DNA of 64,000 nucleotides from Alphaproteobacteria bacterium (GTDB lineage Bacteria; Pseudomonadota; Alphaproteobacteria; Caedimonadales; UBA9215): NCBI GenBank assembly GCA_965204765.1, contig CBDBFG010000004.1, positions 570,951 to 634,950 of the forward strand, read 5' to 3'. Shown piece by piece: positions 58,730 to 64,000 of this stretch (position 1 is its first letter; each line of letters starts with the position of its first letter). The notes under the pieces were generated by a model. It saw only the letters and a program-made list of their open reading frames with translations, ran no database searches and was not told where the DNA came from. The position numbers and the translations under genes were made by a program.

Positions 58730-61231
58730 GTGCTTAGCTTGAGGTTTATATATACGTCCTTAATCTTTGCTTTGTGTTTTCATCAATCTTTAGCGTTCGT
58801 TCCTTCCCCTCCTATTTTGCCTATTAAGAAACAAAAGTTCATTTCGAGGCAAAGTTTTATATTAACTTCGATAACACAAGATAGCCTCAAACAACAAATG
58901 AGAGTATTGTTGAAATGGCAGCAAGCGAATAAGGCGGCTCTCTTTTTGCACCGGGGTTATTATTACCTTGTATTTAATAAAAATGGTAGCTTGGATCCTA
59001 AACTTTTACACAATTTATTTATAGAGAACGCAAAGGTGATAGCACATAAAAAATATTTAATAGTCAAATTAACTATGCATGATGATAATGATGTATCATT
59101 GCGCAGGGTGAGCGATGGTTGGTCCTTAGTTTTTGGTCAATTAAGAGGAGAGCAAGCCTTAAGTAGTTATTGTGATCATATCGTAAATCAGCATGATTTT
59201 TTCAAAATTAAATTAAAAAATAATAGCGATACTTTAACATTTGTTGATCCAGATAATAAAGAAAAGTTTATTGTCATTACCGATGATGTGTCTGGTTGCC
59301 AGATTGCCGCAGAGAACCCTTATTATAGTATTTTGCCAACTTTATTAGGTATGGCAATGTGTTCTAAAACTGATCATGCTATTCGTTACAAAGAAAAGCA
59401 GGGTGCTTTAACAGTTCTGATTCCTGGTAGTGTTGGGATAGGATTGTTTTCTTATGATAAGAAGTTAAAAGACAGGGTGCCGGCTATAGCTCAGCCATTG
59501 CTTGAGCTAAACAAATACAATGAGTGTGATGAAAATTTTTATGTTGTTCAGAAAGAAATGCGCACGCGCGCCGTTTTTGCAAGTAGTTCTGGTGCAAGAA
59601 TATATTATTATACAGAGCTTGCTAAGTTATACTTGGCAAACTGCTTTTTTTATGAAAGTTTGGGTATATTAAAACTATTAAAGCATGAGTATCCTGATTT
59701 ATTTCATAATAGGGATGATCTGGTGCTAATGTACGATTTGGCTAATGTTTGTAGTCATAAGATCGATTATGATGAGCTGTTAAGCAACCAATATGAGTTT
59801 GAGGATGAGCCAGAACGAGAAGTAATTCTTGGATTATTGGAAAGTTCTTTGGGGCATTACTCTGTAGCTTTGCAATATTATACTAGGTGGGGTACTTTTG
59901 TTCAGCAATTACCAGTTTTATTACGTAATTATATTTCTTTATATGGCCTGATTGCTGCGGTGGAAACAAAATTTTCTAAACCTATCTTTCAAAATCTAAT
60001 ACAAGAAGAGAGGTTAACCTCCGGTCAGCATGAAGAGCGAGAATTCTATTTGGTTAAATTCAATTGCAATTTAGGCAAGATGGATTCGTTAAGTGTATTT
60101 AGAAAATTGGCTAATAGTGCAAATAATAAGATAACATGTCTTTCGCGTTTAGAATTAATTAACCCTAATATTAATAGTACGCAATCTGTAATTGAAGACT
60201 TAGAGGAGATAAGATTTTTATGGCGTGGTGGTAAAGTAGAGCAAAAGATCTTATTAATGCTTACGGATTTATATGTTTCTAAAGGTGATTATTCATCAGC
60301 TTTACGTAATCTTAGAATGATTAGTAATTTCTTGTGGAAGCTTGAAGATAGCGACCTTTATATTAAGCGTGCTCAAGATTTATTTTATAAAGTGTTTTTG
60401 CAACAAAAAGAAAGTAGCATAATTAATCAGATAGGGTTTTATTACGAGTTTTCTGATGTTATTCCAAAGGATGATAGATACTTGGAGATTATTGCTCATT
60501 TGGTAGGTCTGTATACAGATGTGGAACTATATGATGAGGCTATTAGGGCGCTGACAGATAAACTTGCACATTTAAAAGCGATGTATCGCAGGGGAGGTTT
60601 GGCTTTTGAGCGTTATATACGTTTGAGAGGTGTAACATTAAAAAAGATAGCAGTGCAACATATTATGCAAAATCGTTATCAAAAAGCTTTGAAAATTATT
60701 AAAAAGATTGATAAAGGTGATGATCAATCGACGATAGATTTTTCAAAATCTAATCTATTTATAAAGGCTGTATGTTATGTGGGTATGAAAGATTACCTAT
60801 CTGCTATAAACATTTTAAAAGAGCAAAATGATATTGTTGCGCGTAGGTTATTAATCCACGTATATATGGTCCAAAAAGAATGGAAGCAAGTAGTGTTTTA
60901 TAGTAAAGGTGCATTAGATGTTCTGTGCAAGAATAAAACATTTAATCGTGATTATGATGATTTAGTGCTGCAGTTGGCGATATCATTACACTATTTAAAA
61001 GCAGCAGATCCTTTGGGTATGATAAGTCCATATGTGTATAGCGCACTGAATAAAGATTATTTATCGTTTATTAAGCACATTTTTGCTCCTAAAAGGAAAA
61101 TAGATATATCAAAGCAAGAAATTAACAGACAATTGCAAGAAATAGGTCGTTATCAGCGTAATGTGTTAAACATTTCTAAATCCCTGCTTTTATCCAGTGC
61201 GCTGCAAAATAATATGAGAGAAATGCTATAA
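58730..61231 (+). CDS. Large (833 aa) exported hypothetical protein with a TPR-like helical C-terminal two-thirds
   Basis: It has a GTG start and a signal-like N-terminus (LIFALCFHQSLAF). The alpha-helical-looking repeats are rich in Y/L/A (YYTELAKLYLANCFFYESLGILKLL, DLYVSKGDYSSALRNL, LYTDVELYDEAIRAL). I recognise no family for it. Confidence 0.6.
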   Translation: MLSLRFIYTSLIFALCFHQSLAFVPSPPILPIKKQKFISRQSFILTSITQDSLKQQMRVLLKWQQANKAALFLHRGYYYLVFNKNGSLDPKLLHNLFIENAKVIAHKKYLIVKLTMHDDNDVSLRRVSDGWSLVFGQLRGEQALSSYCDHIVNQHDFFKIKLKNNSDTLTFVDPDNKEKFIVITDDVSGCQIAAENPYYSILPTLLGMAMCSKTDHAIRYKEKQGALTVLIPGSVGIGLFSYDKKLKDRVPAIAQPLLELNKYNECDENFYVVQKEMRTRAVFASSSGARIYYYTELAKLYLANCFFYESLGILKLLKHEYPDLFHNRDDLVLMYDLANVCSHKIDYDELLSNQYEFEDEPEREVILGLLESSLGHYSVALQYYTRWGTFVQQLPVLLRNYISLYGLIAAVETKFSKPIFQNLIQEERLTSGQHEEREFYLVKFNCNLGKMDSLSVFRKLANSANNKITCLSRLELINPNINSTQSVIEDLEEIRFLWRGGKVEQKILLMLTDLYVSKGDYSSALRNLRMISNFLWKLEDSDLYIKRAQDLFYKVFLQQKESSIINQIGFYYEFSDVIPKDDRYLEIIAHLVGLYTDVELYDEAIRALTDKLAHLKAMYRRGGLAFERYIRLRGVTLKKIAVQHIMQNRYQKALKIIKKIDKGDDQSTIDFSKSNLFIKAVCYVGMKDYLSAINILKEQNDIVARRLLIHVYMVQKEWKQVVFYSKGALDVLCKNKTFNRDYDDLVLQLAISLHYLKAADPLGMISPYVYSALNKDYLSFIKHIFAPKRKIDISKQEINRQLQEIGRYQRNVLNISKSLLLSSALQNNMREML

Positions 61232-61347
61232 AGTGCCATATTAACTTGATTCTTATGTGAATTTCTTTATCATGAACACGGTTTTTGTGTGAAGTAAGCG
61301 TTTTGTATGCTTGGCTTCCAGGTATTAAGCAATATAACGAGGATGAA

Positions 61348-62667
61348 ATGAATAGAATAATATCACTGTTTTTAGTAGGGACGATGTTAGCAGGGGCGGA
61401 GTCTTATGCTGCAGGATTTGCTATAAAAGAAACTGATTCAGGTGCTGCTGGTCACGCCTTTGCTGGTAATGGGGCAATGATGGGTAATATAGCCTCTATG
61501 TGGAACAACCCAGCAACGATGACTGGTTTAAAAGAATCTGGTGCAAGTTTAAGCGTAATGTATATTATGCCTAACGCCACTTTTAAGCAGTCTGGTGAAC
61601 ATGATGCTAGCGGTGTAACAGCAAAAAGTTCAGAGAATGCAGCCGTTCCTGCATTTTATGGATTGTGGAGCCTAAATGACCGTACAAAAGTTGGTTTGGC
61701 GGTAACAGCTCCGTTTGGTATGTCTGTTGATTTTGGCGCAGATAGCATGGTTAGCGAGCTGGTGATGAAAAGCAGCATGATATCCTATAATATTAATCCA
61801 TCAATAGCGTATAGAGTGAACAAACATTTTTCTGTTGCTTTGGGGGTGAGTGCACAAAGAATAGAGGTAGAGAAAACTCAGAAATTATCCGACAGAACGC
61901 TAAATGCTATTATTAATAAAAATGCTGGGCCACCAAGTGCGGCGATAAGCGGACAGCAAGATGTGGCAAAGTTGACTGGTGATGCTTGGGGGTATGGTTA
62001 TAACCTGGGTTTTGTATTAGAGCCATTTGAAGGTACGGTTTTCGGATTATCTTACCGTAGTCAAATAAACTGCAAGCTCGATGGTAAAGTGCAATTTAAT
62101 AATTTATTAGTTGCTAGAAATGGTTGGGCAAAGACGGATATTAGCACTCCTGCTAGTATAGATTTTAGTATGACACACGAAATCAATAAAGAATGGAAGG
62201 CTATGTTTTCTGCGGTATGGACTAATTGGTCTGTGTTTGACAAGTTAGATGTTAAGACAGAAAAAGATATTGGTGAAATGTTAGAGACACATAATTGGAG
62301 CAATGCTTGGTTCTTTGCTGTTGGTTTTAATTATGTTCCTCACAGCCTTGGCATGGAGGATATAGTGGTAAAATTTGGTGCTGCTTATGATCAAACTCCT
62401 GTACATGATGTTAATCGTCGTCCAGGTATTCCTGATGCTGATCGTTACTTAGTTTCTGCTGGTGTTGATTATATGGTGAATGATCGTTGTCACATAGGAT
62501 TCAGTTATACTCATTTATTCATGCAAAATGCTAAAGTTATCAGGCAGCATGTAGATAACTATGGTGAGGGAAAAGACAAAGTAGCTGGTTATACTCCTCA
62601 CATTGTAGATGGAAGTTTTCATAGTAATGCAGATATAATAGGTGTGCATATTAACTACAAATTTTAA
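61348..62667 (+). CDS. fadL: Outer-membrane long-chain fatty acid/hydrophobic compound transporter (FadL/OmpP1 family)
   Basis: A signal peptide (MNRIISLFLVGTMLAGAESYA) is followed by AGFAIKETDSGAAGHAFAG, typical of the FadL N-terminal hatch. The C-terminus ends in a beta-barrel-type F. I chose the ATG at 61348, which is preceded by GAGGA. Confidence 0.8.
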   Translation: MNRIISLFLVGTMLAGAESYAAGFAIKETDSGAAGHAFAGNGAMMGNIASMWNNPATMTGLKESGASLSVMYIMPNATFKQSGEHDASGVTAKSSENAAVPAFYGLWSLNDRTKVGLAVTAPFGMSVDFGADSMVSELVMKSSMISYNINPSIAYRVNKHFSVALGVSAQRIEVEKTQKLSDRTLNAIINKNAGPPSAAISGQQDVAKLTGDAWGYGYNLGFVLEPFEGTVFGLSYRSQINCKLDGKVQFNNLLVARNGWAKTDISTPASIDFSMTHEINKEWKAMFSAVWTNWSVFDKLDVKTEKDIGEMLETHNWSNAWFFAVGFNYVPHSLGMEDIVVKFGAAYDQTPVHDVNRRPGIPDADRYLVSAGVDYMVNDRCHIGFSYTHLFMQNAKVIRQHVDNYGEGKDKVAGYTPHIVDGSFHSNADIIGVHINYKF

Positions 62668-62754
62668 TTACTATATTTTGTGTTAATAGAGGGGCATTGT
62701 TGTATTGTTCCTCTTGCAATGCACCTACTTTGAAAAGGGTAACGGGATATTTTT

Positions 62755-64000
62755 ATGGTTAGTTCGCAAAGCAATGATTTATTTCCTTGGTTAAATAAAT
62801 ATCCAGATGGTATTGACTGGAATATGTGTATACCAAGCATTTTATTGCATGATATATTGGACAAGACAGTAGATAAATACCCAGGAAGATTTGTGATTGA
62901 TTTTCTGGGTAAAAAATACACTTATAAAGAACTGCAAGATTTAGTTAATAAAACCGCCAAAGGCTTACAAAGTATTGGTATCAAGAAAGGCACTAGGGTT
63001 GGGTTGCTTTTGCCTAATAGCCCGGTTTATATAATTTTTTATTATGCTATTTTAAAAATAGGGGGGATTGTTGTTAATTATTCTCCCTTGTATGCGGTGC
63101 GCGAAATTGCTATGCAAATAGAAGATTCCGGTACCGAAACAATGGTAACTTTAGATCTACAAGCTTTGTATCCCAAAGTTTATGAAATGTTTGCTAAAAG
63201 TAAACTCAAGAAGATTATTGTATGCCCTTTAAAGTCACAATTGCCATTTCCTAAGAATATTTTACTTCCTATTATCAAAAAGAAAGAACTAGCTAAAATA
63301 AATTGGGACGAAAACCATATTAGTTTTCAATCGTTAATTAGTAATGATGGTATCTATGAGCGTGTACACATTGATCCGCAAAAAGATACAGCTTTATTGC
63401 AATATACCGGTGGTACTACTGGTGTGCCTAAGGGGGCTATGTTATCACATAGTAACATTTCTGCTAATGTTTATCAGGCAGATTCTTGGTTTGTCAGAAA
63501 TCAAGGAGATACAGAAAAAATTCTTGCGGCTTTGCCCTTGTTTCACGTATTTGCGATGACAGGTATCATGAATTTAGGTATTCGTATGGGAGCTGAAATA
63601 GTCATGATGTTTCCGCGCTTTAACGCCGAAGATGCAATGAAAATGATTAAAAAACATAGAATAACATTTTTTCCAGCGGTACCTACTATTTATAATCTAA
63701 TTGCTAATCATCCAGATGTGAAAAAATATGATTTATCTTCTATAAAAACTTGTATGTCTGGTGGTGCCCCACTTCCAGTAGAGGTAAAAAAAGAGTTTGA
63801 GCAATTAACTAATTGTAAATTGGTAGAGGCCTATGGTCTAAGTGAAACTTCTCCTGCTGCTACTTCTAATCCCATATATGGAATCAATAAAGAAGGTTCC
63901 ATTGGTATACCCTTTCCCAAAACGATAGTAAAGATTATGTCATTAGATGATCCTAGTAAGGAAGTGCCATTGGGTGAAAAGGGAGAGGTTTGTATAAAAG
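62755..64000 (+). CDS. fadD: Long-chain-fatty-acid--CoA ligase (AMP-binding enzyme), truncated at its 3' end by the window edge
   Basis: My hand translation from the ATG at 62755 is MVSSQSNDLFPWLNKYPDGIDW... It contains the AMP-binding signature QYTGGTTGVPKGAMLSH near 63400 and YGLSET near 63835. The frame is open to the end of the window, and the gene is not in the ORF track. Confidence 0.85.
   Translation, partial: MVSSQSNDLFPWLNKYPDGIDWNMCIPSILLHDILDKTVDKYPGRFVIDFLGKKYTYKELQDLVNKTAKGLQSIGIKKGTRVGLLLPNSPVYIIFYYAILKIGGIVVNYSPLYAVREIAMQIEDSGTETMVTLDLQALYPKVYEMFAKSKLKKIIVCPLKSQLPFPKNILLPIIKKKELAKINWDENHISFQSLISNDGIYERVHIDPQKDTALLQYTGGTTGVPKGAMLSHSNISANVYQADSWFVRNQGDTEKILAALPLFHVFAMTGIMNLGIRMGAEIVMMFPRFNAEDAMKMIKKHRITFFPAVPTIYNLIANHPDVKKYDLSSIKTCMSGGAPLPVEVKKEFEQLTNCKLVEAYGLSETSPAATSNPIYGINKEGSIGIPFPKTIVKIMSLDDPSKEVPLGEKGEVCIK

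Noticed and set aside
62664-62921. An 85-aa minus-strand ORF between fadL and the next gene, and a 71-aa plus-strand ORF at 63344-63559.
   Set aside because: Both overlap the clearly recognisable acyl-CoA ligase reading frame (62755 onward, with the AMP-binding signature YTGGTTGVPKG). They are out of frame or antisense to it.

Overview
This 64-kb window is an AT-rich bacterial chromosome segment, densely packed with housekeeping genes. The gene content and synteny look alphaproteobacterial, for example the divergent rpsU/COQ9-like pair and the separate hldA and hldC genes. Several ORF-free spacers of 0.6-1 kb and a GlpT/UhpC-type transporter suggest a host-associated or intracellular lifestyle. 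That lifestyle call is inference only.

Gene order:
- Left part: rne, a bepA-like M48 peptidase, a RING/CHY zinc-finger gene, parE, rplY-pth, mrcA, dnaG-rpoD, an alpha/beta hydrolase and an orphan receiver-domain gene.
- dcw cluster, complete from mraZ to ftsA: mraZ-rsmH-ftsL-ftsI-murE-murF-mraY-murD-ftsW-murG-murC-murB-ddl-ftsQ-ftsA. It is followed by a lipocalin gene instead of ftsZ.
- Minus-strand block: cvpA-radA, an orphan repeat protein, mlaF-mlaE, alr, pgsA, ndk, holC and pepA.
- Right part: rpmG (missed by the ORF track), gmhA-hldA-hldC, mlaC-mlaA, a PAP2 phosphatase, glpT/uhpC, rpsU, a COQ9-like gene, a large orphan TPR-like protein, fadL and a 3'-truncated fadD-like gene.

I found no rRNA, tRNA, CRISPR array or intact mobile element.

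Most interesting observations:
1. 4366-5421 encodes a protein whose full architecture matches eukaryotic RCHY1/Pirh2-type RING-H2 E3 ubiquitin ligases, but it carries a bacterial-looking signal peptide. It is a candidate host-derived effector.
2. 40034-41098 encodes a signal-peptide-bearing orphan protein with six copies of a [DNS]P[HY][SP]MYxFAxD motif. It sits in a gene-poor patch next to a decayed transposase-like remnant.
3. A TGATTGA heptanucleotide microsatellite of 12 units lies upstream of mrcA.
4. Seven helically phased MCCA/TGGK tetramers overlap a predicted promoter in front of mraZ.
5. A 28-bp perfect palindrome, plus a third copy of its 11-nt half-site, lies in the 930-bp spacer after the dcw cluster.

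No multi-gene defence or secretion system is evident to me. All functional calls come from reading the translated ORFs by eye, and no database search was run.
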